IMG/VR virus record: IMGVR_UViG_3300045988_171958
Span: 32,001-96,000 of that record
Direction: 5' to 3' (one strand)
DNA from: a virus
DNA length: 64,000 nucleotides
In this document: positions 25,506-34,458 of the stretch, in pieces
How the letters are laid out: every line of letters starts with the position of its first letter
Numbering within the stretch: the stretch's first letter is position 1
The notes under the pieces: model-generated
Seen by the model: the letters and a program-made list of their open reading frames with translations, nothing else
Databases searched by the model: none
What the model was told of the DNA's origin: nothing
Program-made: the position numbers and the translations under genes

Positions 25506-26639
25506 ATGAAGAAGTTTATTTTAACAATGTTGCTGGCTTTGACAGCAGTATTTAGTGTTAATGCTCAGACACAGTCTAATTATGCTGGTAGTTCTAAGTT
25601 TATGGACAATGTTTCTGTCGGTGTAGTTGGTGGTGTTGAGACTAATCTCAATCAGTGGAATTGGCCACATGGTGCTGTAACTGGTATTGTTATCAATAAG
25701 GAAATTACTCCAGTATTTGGTGTAACACTTGAAGGTACAACTGGTATCAATAACATTACTAATTGGAATAATGGATATCGAACTAGTTGCAGCAATGCAT
25801 TTGATACTTGGTCAGTAATGATTGCAGGACGTGTAAATCTTACTAATGCTATTTGGAAGTATAATGGTAAGCCACGTAAGTTCGAAGTAGAGACTAATAC
25901 AGGTATTGGATACGGTAATATGCACCATGCTTATCATATTGATGGTCTATGGAATGATCCAGAGCATCTTGCAAACCATTACATGTGCAAGCTTGGTCTT
26001 AATCTGAATTATAACGTAACAGATGCATGGACTATTACTTTGCGACCAGCAGTTATTTATGCTATTAGTGAATATAATGGAGCAAATTTTGATACACGTA
26101 CTTCTGTAGCACAGCTTACTGCAGGTATTGTATATCACTTCAAGACAAGCAATGGTACTCGATCATTCAATAAGGCTAAGCTTTATGACCAGGCAGAGGT
26201 TGATATGTTGAATGGAAAGATCAATACACTTCAGAAGAATCTTAATGATGCAAATGCAACTATTGAGGTAATGCGTGATTCTCTTACAAAGACAAATACT
26301 TTGATTGAGACAAATGAGGTAACTAAGATGGTATATCCAAAGATTCAGTTTAAGAAGGGTACAGCTAAGATTGAGTCAACATCTATGGCTAATATTTATG
26401 ATATTGCTGATGCATTAAAAGATGTTGATGGTACTATCAAGGTAACTGGATATGCTTCTACTGAAGGTTCTACTAAATATAATAAAGAACTTTCACTCAA
26501 GCGAGCAGTAGCAGTTAAGAATGCACTTATCAAGGCAGGTGTTGATGCATCAAAGATTAAGACTATCGGTGCTGGTCCTGTAAATAAGTTCTCTCCTGAT
26601 AACCTTGAGTTGAATAGAATTGTTACAACAGAGAAGTAA
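25506..26639 (+). CDS. OmpA-family outer-membrane protein with a signal peptide
   Basis: Signal peptide MKKFILTMLLALTAVFSVNAQ, an aromatic-rich beta-barrel-like N-terminal half and a coiled-coil linker. The C-terminal OmpA_C-like region is FKKGTAKIE..VTGYASTEGSTKYNKELSLKRAVAVKNALIKAGV. Confidence 0.8.
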   Translation: MKKFILTMLLALTAVFSVNAQTQSNYAGSSKFMDNVSVGVVGGVETNLNQWNWPHGAVTGIVINKEITPVFGVTLEGTTGINNITNWNNGYRTSCSNAFDTWSVMIAGRVNLTNAIWKYNGKPRKFEVETNTGIGYGNMHHAYHIDGLWNDPEHLANHYMCKLGLNLNYNVTDAWTITLRPAVIYAISEYNGANFDTRTSVAQLTAGIVYHFKTSNGTRSFNKAKLYDQAEVDMLNGKINTLQKNLNDANATIEVMRDSLTKTNTLIETNEVTKMVYPKIQFKKGTAKIESTSMANIYDIADALKDVDGTIKVTGYASTEGSTKYNKELSLKRAVAVKNALIKAGVDASKIKTIGAGPVNKFSPDNLELNRIVTTEK

Positions 26640-26670
26640 CATTAAATAAATCCTCTGAGAATTGTAAACA

Positions 26671-26703
26671 AAAAAGCTCAGACCCAGGGTCTGAGCTTTG
26701 TTC
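26671..26703. terminator. bidirectional intrinsic terminator
   Basis: AGCTCAGACC (26675-26684) / GGTCTGAGCT (26688-26697), flanked by AAAAA and TTTG, between convergent genes. Confidence 0.75.
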
Positions 26704-26721
26704 GTATATAGATTAAATAAA

Positions 26722-27192
26722 TTAATACAATTGAATATGTTTTTCATTATCTGAGTCTTTTCTCATGATACTTGAAAAATTAGAATATCTACCGACAGTT
26801 TTTATTATCACATTACATTTTTTGAATCTAGGATCTGCCCAAGAAACGAACCCAACAACAGTCAACGGTAATTTTCTATCTGTTCTTGCATCCATGATAA
26901 CAAAAGTCATAGGTTCTTTTTCTCCATAATGAGATACCTTCAACTTACCATCTTTCAACATCTTCAATATATCATCTTTAGCGCCCATTACAGCTTCAAT
27001 AATTTCAGGATCTTCAATTTTTCTTTCAGATTTTTTATCCTCAACATGAGTTCCTGTCATTATGCTTATAGGAGAATACTTGTATGTTCCTTTGCTTTTA
27101 TCAAATACAGGCCAAATTTTCTTGTTAGCTTCAAATACGAAACCCAAGTCAATTTCCAAAGATTCTGATATATATTGTGAAAAATTTATCAT
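26722..27192 (-). CDS. hypothetical protein
   Basis: The internal ATG (MINFSQYISES..) was chosen. The 31-aa N-terminal extension in the track (MFMFLFILIII..) runs through the divergent promoter. Confidence 0.6.
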   Translation of the reverse strand: MINFSQYISESLEIDLGFVFEANKKIWPVFDKSKGTYKYSPISIMTGTHVEDKKSERKIEDPEIIEAVMGAKDDILKMLKDGKLKVSHYGEKEPMTFVIMDARTDRKLPLTVVGFVSWADPRFKKCNVIIKTVGRYSNFSSIMRKDSDNEKHIQLY

Positions 27193-27196
27193 AGTG

Positions 27197-27225
27197 TTTG
27201 AAATTTTCGAAAGAAATTCTATATT
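27197..27225 (+). promoter_or_regulatory. promoter (TTTGAAAT-N12-TTCTATATT)
   Basis: Exact consensus, followed by TATTATGTA. Confidence 0.6.
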
Positions 27226-27253
27226 TATTATGTAAAAATAATAATGATTAATA

Positions 27254-27586
27254 ATGATAATTAAAATGAAAAGAAACATGAACACTTCAGTAAATAAAAT
27301 CGAGAATACAGTACGTCACTTCGCTAATAAGATGGGTATCAAGTTGACAGAAGTAGAAGTTGGATTTGTACCTTCTTATGAATATGAAGTTTATGATAAT
27401 GAAACAGATGAAACTGACAATACTTATTCAGTTTTGGTAACTGTTGCAGATCCTCAGACCATTTCAAACAAGAAAGCAAAAAAGTTTATTGCCCAGTTGG
27501 AAGGAATGTTCTATGCAAATAAGAAGTGCAGAAAAAACAATGAATCATTATTTGTTTACTTCGATAACTATGATGTTGAAGACTAA
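27254..27586 (+). CDS. hypothetical protein
   Basis: 110-aa ORF after the promoter. No family recognised. Confidence 0.6.
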   Translation: MIIKMKRNMNTSVNKIENTVRHFANKMGIKLTEVEVGFVPSYEYEVYDNETDETDNTYSVLVTVADPQTISNKKAKKFIAQLEGMFYANKKCRKNNESLFVYFDNYDVED

Positions 27587-27613
27587 TGTTTTATTCTTAA
27601 ATAGAAAATAGAA

Positions 27614-27883
27614 ATGGCATCAGCAAAGATAAGAAATATAGAAAAGTGTAAAGAAGAAGTATTAGGTATTTGTTCTAAATACCAATTGAATGTACTTGAT
27701 ATATCATCAAAAGAAGTTCAATTAGATGATTTGCATAAAGAATATGTAATTGATATTTCTACTGATTGTAAAGATGATGATATCTATGACAAAGTCTATA
27801 CAAGATGTGGATTCATTAATGAAGAGCGTTTGCCTGATGCTGATCTTACAATAAATTTAAATGAAGTCAATATATTAAAATGA
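27614..27883 (+). CDS. hypothetical protein
   Basis: 89-aa ORF. Its stop overlaps the next start (ATGA). Confidence 0.6.
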   Translation: MASAKIRNIEKCKEEVLGICSKYQLNVLDISSKEVQLDDLHKEYVIDISTDCKDDDIYDKVYTRCGFINEERLPDADLTINLNEVNILK

Positions 27884-28203
27884 ACAAGTTAAAGAAGAAT
27901 TGGAAAGAAATTTTGATTGCAATCTTGATATTGTTTGGAATGAACAAATGTACAGTAAGTTGCAATAGAGGATCAAAATTGAACAAAGCTAATCAAGAAA
28001 TTGCATATAAGGATAGTTTGAACAAAGTAATGGCAGATTCTATTAAGTCATTGAATGTTACTATTGCTAATTTATTGGATAAGAATGGTATGTTGTCAGA
28101 ATTTAATCGCCAGCAAACTAAGTCTGATTCTCTCAATAGAGCTACACAGAAGGAACAGCTCAATCAAGTAAAGAACATGGTTAATCGTCTAAAAAGAAAG
28201 TAA
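27880..28203 (+). CDS. membrane-anchored coiled-coil protein
   Basis: An N-terminal TM segment (ILIAILILFGM) is followed by a heptad-like, charged region. Confidence 0.6.
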   Translation: MNKLKKNWKEILIAILILFGMNKCTVSCNRGSKLNKANQEIAYKDSLNKVMADSIKSLNVTIANLLDKNGMLSEFNRQQTKSDSLNRATQKEQLNQVKNMVNRLKRK

Positions 28204-28205
28204 TT

Positions 28206-28967
28206 ATGGCACGAAGATGTAACAAGTCACCAAAATACATGTCTGAATATGAACATGATTTGACATGGATGGCAATGAGATATGCCATCGGAAGACATAC
28301 AATTGCTGCACATTCTATTTGTTGTGATATGGGAAAGAATGTTTATGGGAGATTATCACAGAGGGATTGTGAATTCTTATCTTCTGATATTCGGAGAGAG
28401 ATTGCAATGAAATTAGGATGCTATCCATTCAATTTTGTAATGAGTTATGATATTCCAACAAATTCTGATGACTATAGACCATTGTCACGATTGATTGAAT
28501 GGATGATGGATAACAATATTGAAACCCCAGAAGACCTTACTATTTGGGATGAAATTAGATATAAAGGAAAGGATTTTTCTGGTAATTCATCATACGAAGC
28601 TACACAGATTGATGGACCTAAGCATTATGAGACTTCTGACTTTTTAGATATGCTTGAATGGGAGAACTTGTCAGATCTTCTTGATGTTAAGAATCATAAG
28701 TTTTGTATTGTACTGCAAAATGGTAAGATGGAATTTAACATTGTTGAATACTTTGAAACTTATGTAAGAGAATCATATAAGTCTTTGACATTCAAGAAAG
28801 TTAAGGTACCAGTTGCGGAGTACTCCAAGAATCCTTATGTACTTCCTACTATTGATCCCCATACTATCATCGAGGCAGATCTTACAAAGGAACAGATTTA
28901 TGCAAAACAGAAGGAGTTAGAGAAGAAAGGCAATGTTGTAGAAATGCCAAGTTTGAAATACAGTTAA
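28206..28967 (+). CDS. hypothetical protein
   Basis: 253-aa ORF, 2 nt after the previous stop. Confidence 0.7.
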   Translation: MARRCNKSPKYMSEYEHDLTWMAMRYAIGRHTIAAHSICCDMGKNVYGRLSQRDCEFLSSDIRREIAMKLGCYPFNFVMSYDIPTNSDDYRPLSRLIEWMMDNNIETPEDLTIWDEIRYKGKDFSGNSSYEATQIDGPKHYETSDFLDMLEWENLSDLLDVKNHKFCIVLQNGKMEFNIVEYFETYVRESYKSLTFKKVKVPVAEYSKNPYVLPTIDPHTIIEADLTKEQIYAKQKELEKKGNVVEMPSLKYS

Positions 28968-28978
28968 AATATTAAAAT

Positions 28979-29347
28979 ATGTTAAATAAACTAAAGAATT
29001 TTTGGACAAAAATTTGTCTTGCATATTACATTATCAAAGCAGACAATAATCTTGTATTGACAGATTCTTGTTTCCATACATCAGTAAAGAATTTGGATAT
29101 CTTATCAGATGGACACCATTATATCTGTTTAGAAAATGCAGATGGTGGATTTGATATTTCATATATGATTCCATGGAATATGGGTAAGAAGTGCTTTACT
29201 ATTACTGTTTCAAGATTGAAAGGCGACAATGCAGGTGCTATAGCAGATGCAACACTTGATTTGTTGAACAATCATACAATGTCTGGTATGATTACAGGAG
29301 ATAGTAAGAATCAACCAAAACCAACAAACTATATTTCTTATAAGTAA
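28979..29347 (+). CDS. hypothetical protein
   Basis: 122-aa ORF in the co-oriented array. Confidence 0.6.
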   Translation: MLNKLKNFWTKICLAYYIIKADNNLVLTDSCFHTSVKNLDILSDGHHYICLENADGGFDISYMIPWNMGKKCFTITVSRLKGDNAGAIADATLDLLNNHTMSGMITGDSKNQPKPTNYISYK

Positions 29348-29352
29348 TATAT

Positions 29353-29781
29353 ATGGCTACTATAGATGATATTAAAGAGGCAGTAAAGAATCATAACGAA
29401 GGTTTCTATCTTGATGATTATGAATTTGAATGGTCTGCAGTATCCGGAAGAAATACTTTGGTTATAACACCATTAAAGGGAGCACAGATCATATCGATGT
29501 ATGTTGATGCTAATGACAAACTTCATGCAATTGTTAAAGAAGAGCCTTATAAGCAATATAATCCTATCAATATTACTGTAAGAGTACAGAAATGCCCAAT
29601 TCCTGGTAAGGAATATAGTACAGAATTGAATCCAGATTTTAGTAAGGATAAGATTATTTTTACAATATTCAACAAGTGTGGATATCCGGAGTACTATGTA
29701 TATATGGACCTTAGGAATGAATATTGGATGAATGAATATAATTTAAAGAAAGCTAGTAATTTACTTGGTTCAATTTTTTGA
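29353..29781 (+). CDS. hypothetical protein
   Basis: 142-aa ORF in the co-oriented array. Confidence 0.65.
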   Translation: MATIDDIKEAVKNHNEGFYLDDYEFEWSAVSGRNTLVITPLKGAQIISMYVDANDKLHAIVKEEPYKQYNPINITVRVQKCPIPGKEYSTELNPDFSKDKIIFTIFNKCGYPEYYVYMDLRNEYWMNEYNLKKASNLLGSIF

Positions 29782-29805
29782 AATTATTAAAGATTGTTCT
29801 ATATT
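29777..29805 (+). promoter_or_regulatory. promoter (TTTGAAAT-N12-TTCTATATT)
   Basis: Exact consensus overlapping the stop of the previous gene, followed by ATAATTGTA. This tail is identical to the one at 31033-31050. Confidence 0.6.
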
Positions 29806-29833
29806 ATAATTGTAATGATTAAAATATAAAACA

Positions 29834-30205
29834 ATGGAGACAATAAAGATTAAGAAAGCCAATGGTTCAGAAAAGACAGTTATATTGCCTGTACGTGGTA
29901 TGGTAGGTACTTTACATGTTGGATCTGATCGATATGTTGTATGTTGTAATGCTGTCATAAGTAACAAGAAAGTACGTCTTGTGAATATTTATGATATTAC
30001 TGAAGATAATAAAACCCAGTATATATATGAAAAGGATGGAGCAGAATACTTGACAGATGAAGCATTCAATAAGTTCGTACGTGGTGGAGAATTATATTCA
30101 TTAAGAAAGAATGGAACTTGGAGAGAGGTTGGAATTCCAACACGAGAATCATGTTGTATTGTGACGTTTGGACATGCCAATCCACATCTTGATCCTGACT
30201 TTTAA
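29834..30205 (+). CDS. hypothetical protein
   Basis: 123-aa ORF downstream of the promoter. Confidence 0.65.
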   Translation: METIKIKKANGSEKTVILPVRGMVGTLHVGSDRYVVCCNAVISNKKVRLVNIYDITEDNKTQYIYEKDGAEYLTDEAFNKFVRGGELYSLRKNGTWREVGIPTRESCCIVTFGHANPHLDPDF

Positions 30206-30250
30206 TAAATAAAATAAATTAAATTAACAAATAAATAAAATTAAATAATC

Positions 30251-30661
30251 ATGGGAATTTTTGATATTTTTGGAGACGTTGTAAAGTTGACTGAGTCTGA
30301 TAATGTTACTAAGTTGAATGATGTTGATATGAGTAAAGTTACACAGGAAGAGTTTAATGATGCAATGGATTTTCTTGATGGTTTGAAGGATAATGACTTT
30401 GTAACATTGCTGATTGGTGATGAATATATTGACAACTTCAAGGAAGAACTTCAGACTAAATGGGATATGACTCATGAGTCTCCAGAGCCAGAACCTAAGA
30501 ATGTACCTACAGGTAATACTGTAGATTCACAGATTGATAAGTTGGTTGATGAGTATATGGGGTCACTTGATATTCCAGATAATTCACTCATGAAGAAATT
30601 GGTACCTATGGCAAAGGCATCTTATAAGAAGTTTGCAGAATTCATTTACAATCACGAGTAA
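30251..30661 (+). CDS. acidic hypothetical protein
   Basis: 136-aa ORF. The antisense ORFs at 30224-30475 and 30241-30441 are low-complexity. Confidence 0.65.
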   Translation: MGIFDIFGDVVKLTESDNVTKLNDVDMSKVTQEEFNDAMDFLDGLKDNDFVTLLIGDEYIDNFKEELQTKWDMTHESPEPEPKNVPTGNTVDSQIDKLVDEYMGSLDIPDNSLMKKLVPMAKASYKKFAEFIYNHE

Positions 30662-30664
30662 TTT

Positions 30665-30994
30665 ATGCTTGTAGTATCTGATTTAGAAAAAGCATTGACA
30701 AGATCTCTTGAAGAGGTCTTGCCATCTGCTTTAGAAGAAGGTTTCAAACATGTATTGCCATGTACTTCTAAAGCTGGAAATAAAGCTGCTAAAGAATTTG
30801 GTGAATCTATTACTAAAATGATTGCAGAACCTCTTGGGGTTAGAATGGCAAATGCAATAGATTATTATATCAAAAATGCTGATATATATGGGCAAATTAT
30901 AACAGTCGGTTCTCCTACAACACAAACTGCTAAAATTGAAAGTCCTAGTCCATTGACTAATGGAAAAGTACCAAATACTTTAGGTATTAAGTAG
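30665..30994 (+). CDS. hypothetical protein
   Basis: 109-aa ORF with a TAG stop. Confidence 0.6.
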   Translation: MLVVSDLEKALTRSLEEVLPSALEEGFKHVLPCTSKAGNKAAKEFGESITKMIAEPLGVRMANAIDYYIKNADIYGQIITVGSPTTQTAKIESPSPLTNGKVPNTLGIK

Positions 30995-31010
30995 AATATT
31001 TTATTGTATT

Positions 31011-31041
31011 TTTGAAATTTAAAATATAAAGGTTCTATATT
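31011..31041 (+). promoter_or_regulatory. promoter (TTTGAAAT-N14-TTCTATATT) of the SSB gene
   Basis: Consensus boxes with a 14-nt spacer; an 85-nt leader follows. Confidence 0.55.
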
Positions 31042-31064
31042 ATAATTGTAAGATAAATATAATC

Positions 31065-31086
31065 AAATGTGTTGCAACACACATTT
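31065..31086 (+). promoter_or_regulatory. leader hairpin upstream of the gp32-like gene (possible translational operator)
   Basis: AAATGTGT / ACACATTT 8-bp stem with a 6-nt loop, followed by a ~40-nt A-rich unstructured tract up to the ATG. Confidence 0.4.
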
Positions 31087-31125
31087 TAACAAGTAAAATT
31101 AACAAAAACATTTAAAAGTAAAATT

Positions 31126-32232
31126 ATGGCAAACGAAAATTTGAATTCAGTTGAAAATGACATTCTTGGTTTTGACCCTAGTCAGTTGACAGTTTATCAG
31201 GAGCAACCACAGCAAACTTCAGGTGGAAATCCTAACATTTATCACCCAAAGCCAGCTCTTTCTAAGGCAGAAGATGGAGTTTACCGTTCTCAGATCAAGG
31301 TTATCTATAATCCATGGGATCTTCGAAACAGTATTCTTGAACAGCAATCTTATGCTTTGCAGGATAGCAATGGTTTCTTCTCTGTTGTAAGTTCATTGAC
31401 AAACAATGACAAGAATTGCCCAGTATTTAAGGCATGGAAGCAGTGTCATTTCTCTAAGGATGAAAAGATGCAGAAGCAGGCTTTGACCAAGGACAAGGGT
31501 GGACGTGGTTTGTTTGACAAGCGTTATGCACGTTATGCACTTATCCAGGTGATTGAAGACAATAACCAGCCGGATCTTGTAGGAAAGTACATGTTCTGGA
31601 AGCTTCCTAAGGCTATTTGGGAGACAATCAACGCTAAGATGGCTCCAAGCCCTGAGTCTAAGAAAGCTAGTATTCCTGTTATGGATTTCTTGTTTGGTCG
31701 TGCTATTGACCTTGAGGTAACACCAGGTCCAGATGATCCTAAAGCACCTGAGCGTAAGACTCGTGAGATTAGTTACAATACTTCAGAACTTACTGATGAT
31801 GTAGTTAGTTGTACTAATCCTGATGGAAGTCCATTGCTTGATGATGATCAGCAAGCTGTACTTGACCAGTACGTTGAGGAAATGACAAAGAAGGTTTGGA
31901 AACAGAAGGATCCAGATGTTCGTGCTACAGCTCTTGCAGAAATCAATGCCGAAGAGAACACAAAGAAACTTCGTGAGTTGTATCATGGTGTAATTGAGAA
32001 GATCAAGAGCTTCTGTCCTAATTTGATTGATGAGCTTGGTTACCATGAGTGGTCACCTGAAGTAACAGCTCGTGTCAATGCATGGATTAATGTAGTTCTT
32101 GCTGGTAATGATCCAACAAATCCATTGCCATCAGCAACATCAGCAGCATCAACAACTACTGCCCCTGCTGCTACTCCTTCAGATACAACAGAATCAACAC
32201 CAACAGCTGGTTCTGATGATCTTCCATTCTAG
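31126..32232 (+). CDS. gp32-like single-stranded DNA-binding protein
   Basis: LVGKYMFWKLPKAIWETINAKMAP resembles T4 gp32 [24 protein letters not shown]. The Ser/Thr/Ala-rich acidic C-terminal tail ending SDDLPF resembles the gp32 C-terminal tail. Confidence 0.75.
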   Translation: MANENLNSVENDILGFDPSQLTVYQEQPQQTSGGNPNIYHPKPALSKAEDGVYRSQIKVIYNPWDLRNSILEQQSYALQDSNGFFSVVSSLTNNDKNCPVFKAWKQCHFSKDEKMQKQALTKDKGGRGLFDKRYARYALIQVIEDNNQPDLVGKYMFWKLPKAIWETINAKMAPSPESKKASIPVMDFLFGRAIDLEVTPGPDDPKAPERKTREISYNTSELTDDVVSCTNPDGSPLLDDDQQAVLDQYVEEMTKKVWKQKDPDVRATALAEINAEENTKKLRELYHGVIEKIKSFCPNLIDELGYHEWSPEVTARVNAWINVVLAGNDPTNPLPSATSAASTTTAPAATPSDTTESTPTAGSDDLPF

Positions 32233-32276
32233 CTTCAGCTGAACTGAAGCATGAAGTTCTAACTTCAAAATAAAAC

Positions 32277-32310
32277 AAAAGAGCAGAATTCTTAAGAATT
32301 CTGCTCTTTT
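32277..32310. terminator. bidirectional terminator (30-nt palindrome)
   Basis: AAAAGAGCAGAATTCTT|AAGAATTCTGCTCTTTT lies between convergent genes. A smaller hairpin GCTTCAG/CTGAAGC at 32232-32250 precedes it. Confidence 0.75.
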
Positions 32311-32330
32311 ACTATATATTAATTTTATTC

Positions 32331-33119
32331 TTATTTTGTAATAAATTTAGAATTAGGATTAATAGTTCTAAGTATATCAGATAATATTTTCATGAAATTT
32401 CCATATAATGCATTATATATTGGGCTTTCAAATTTCAAATTTATTGGAAATTTATCTATGTCATATTTTATTATTTCTCTTCCACTACATGAAATATAAA
32501 AAAATACATCATTATCAGGATCATAAAAATTAATTGCATCTAATGATTCTGCTGTTAACCAAAAAGTATGATATTTCTTATCATCTTTTTTTGAAATTTC
32601 TCCTTTTTTAATTTTTTCAGATAAACTATCATGATCTAATGAAAAGTTTAAAGGTATTAATACTTCTGTATTCTTTAATAAATTATTAGTAACTCCTTTA
32701 ATTAAATTGTCATAAAATAAACCTTTTTCTCTTAATTTCATTACTCTGACCCAATAATCTGGTTCGGTTTCTTCTAATTTATCAGATAATTTTGCAAATT
32801 CTTTTAAATTAATGACAACATTTCCGTATAAGTTAGTATCTTTATCATATAATGATCTTATACTTACTCCTGAAGCACACTTTATTCCATCCACAGTTGC
32901 AGAAATAGATTTACGGTATACATCACCAGTAAATGGTGCTATCTTTTCTAGTTTATGTTTAAGTCCCTTATATTTATCCGGAACATAACTACCATCTGAT
33001 AATTTTTCATCTTCTACTGCTTTAAAGAAAGCACCCATGAATTTACCTGCTCTATCAAATTGTTTTTTAATTACTGCTTTATCTGCTGCAGATTTATATG
33101 TGGCACTAGAAAGCTCCAT
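32331..33119 (-). CDS. hypothetical protein (lone minus-strand gene in a plus-strand region)
   Basis: 262-aa ORF. No family recognised. Confidence 0.7.
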   Translation of the reverse strand: MELSSATYKSAADKAVIKKQFDRAGKFMGAFFKAVEDEKLSDGSYVPDKYKGLKHKLEKIAPFTGDVYRKSISATVDGIKCASGVSIRSLYDKDTNLYGNVVINLKEFAKLSDKLEETEPDYWVRVMKLREKGLFYDNLIKGVTNNLLKNTEVLIPLNFSLDHDSLSEKIKKGEISKKDDKKYHTFWLTAESLDAINFYDPDNDVFFYISCSGREIIKYDIDKFPINLKFESPIYNALYGNFMKILSDILRTINPNSKFITK

Positions 33120-33198
33120 AATAGGGTATTAAACTTTCAACAAGAAATTGTGATAATGATTTCATTTTTTTTTTTGTTTTTATATATAATAAAAATAA

Positions 33199-33227
33199 TT
33201 TGAAATTTTTTATGTTTATTCTATATT
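33199..33227 (+). promoter_or_regulatory. promoter (TTTGAAAT-N12-TTCTATATT)
   Basis: Exact consensus, followed by TAAGATGTT. Confidence 0.6.
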
Positions 33228-33254
33228 TAAGATGTTAAATAATAAATATAGATT

Positions 33255-33440
33255 ATGGATATAAATTCAATTATATTTTTAGTAATTTTCTTTGTTATCG
33301 AAAGTATTCTTCTTACATTGAATTTTACTTACAAACCAAAATATAAAGATGATTTAACATATAATATATTTAAACTTTTAGTAATGATATTTCCTAATTT
33401 CATGATAATAGTTTATGTAATTATTTTTCATGCTTTATAA
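33255..33440 (+). CDS. small two-TM membrane protein (holin candidate)
   Basis: 61 aa, almost entirely hydrophobic. It is the first gene of the lysis cluster. Confidence 0.5.
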   Translation: MDINSIIFLVIFFVIESILLTLNFTYKPKYKDDLTYNIFKLLVMIFPNFMIIVYVIIFHAL

Positions 33441-33465
33441 ATAAGATGTTTAATTTTCAAAATTT

Positions 33466-33633
33466 ATGATTATGACAATTTTGATTGGAATTATATTAAT
33501 TTTTGTAGGTATCGGATTCTATTCAGCTGCTGATAGAAATGGTATAACTAATGAATGGTTGTGCATGCTTGGTTTCTTAACAATGATGACTGGAGCACTC
33601 ATGATTGGAATGACAATGGATGGTACAATGTAG
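33466..33633 (+). CDS. small two-TM membrane protein (holin/antiholin candidate), not in the ORF track
   Basis: Hand translation gives MIMTILIGIILIFVGIGFYSAADRNGITNEWLCMLGFLTMMTGALMIGMTMDGTM* (55 aa, TAG stop), directly upstream of the endolysin. Confidence 0.5.
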   Translation: MIMTILIGIILIFVGIGFYSAADRNGITNEWLCMLGFLTMMTGALMIGMTMDGTM

Positions 33634-33657
33634 TTTTAACTTTAAAGTAAGATAAGA

Positions 33658-34446
33658 ATGAAAAAGATAAAATATTTGATAGTAGGTTCAGCTTTTCTTG
33701 GTGGACTATCTGGAACATTACCACCCATGTTCATTAATGCTAGTCCTAATATTAATTCATTAGTAAAAGAAAAAGAAGATAGTACTCATCTTTGGAAGAA
33801 CATTAAGCTATATAGTGTAGTAAGAGATACATTGACTATAGAAGAAAGAGTACAACGTATTGAGGAAATGATGACCATTGACATCAATACAATGGCAAAG
33901 TCTTCTGATGTACATGAACATCATACTAATACTTATGAACATATTTATACATATAAGAATGCAAGTATAAGTAAGAAAGGAAAAGAGTTCATCAAGAAAT
34001 ATGAATCTTGTGTCCTTACTGCTTACAAGCTTAAAGGTGAAAAGAGATATACTATAGGTTATGGTCATGTAATCTATGAAAATGATATCCCACATAAGAT
34101 AAGTCAAGAATATGCTGATAAGCTATTTGATAAGGATATGGATAAGTTCAATGTTCATGTAAGAGAATTGCTTTCTGAACTTGACCATAGATTTATCTAT
34201 ACTCAATCATTTATTGATGGGTTGACATCATTGACATATAATTGTGGACCAGATGGTGTAAGAAAGACAAGGTTCTGGAAACGAATGAAGGCATGTCGAT
34301 ATGATAAGGAAACAAAAGCTATCAATAAGAAAGACTTGATTTATGCCATAGAAGCAGTAAAGACAGCCAATATTTCTAGAATATATTATTCTGGTCACAA
34401 GAACAGAAGAAAAGCAGAACACAATAAAATGACAGAAGAAGTATAA
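33658..34446 (+). CDS. GH24 (T4 e-type) lysozyme with an N-terminal signal-anchor (SAR-like endolysin)
   Basis: FIKKYESCVLTAYKLKGEKRYTIGYGH matches the catalytic Glu ... TIGxGH motif. EYADKLFDKDMDKF resembles T4L DEAEKLFNQDVDAA. The N-terminus MKKIKYLIVGSAFLGGLSGTL is hydrophobic and Gly-rich. Confidence 0.8.
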   Translation: MKKIKYLIVGSAFLGGLSGTLPPMFINASPNINSLVKEKEDSTHLWKNIKLYSVVRDTLTIEERVQRIEEMMTIDINTMAKSSDVHEHHTNTYEHIYTYKNASISKKGKEFIKKYESCVLTAYKLKGEKRYTIGYGHVIYENDIPHKISQEYADKLFDKDMDKFNVHVRELLSELDHRFIYTQSFIDGLTSLTYNCGPDGVRKTRFWKRMKACRYDKETKAINKKDLIYAIEAVKTANISRIYYSGHKNRRKAEHNKMTEEV

Positions 34447-34458
34447 AATATTATAATT

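Noticed and set aside
33160-33180. Poly-T tract (about 11 T) upstream of 32331-33119 as a phase-variable slippage site
   Set aside because: It lies in a divergent intergenic region with no defined spacing to a promoter element that I could identify. Homopolymers of this length are not surprising at this base composition.
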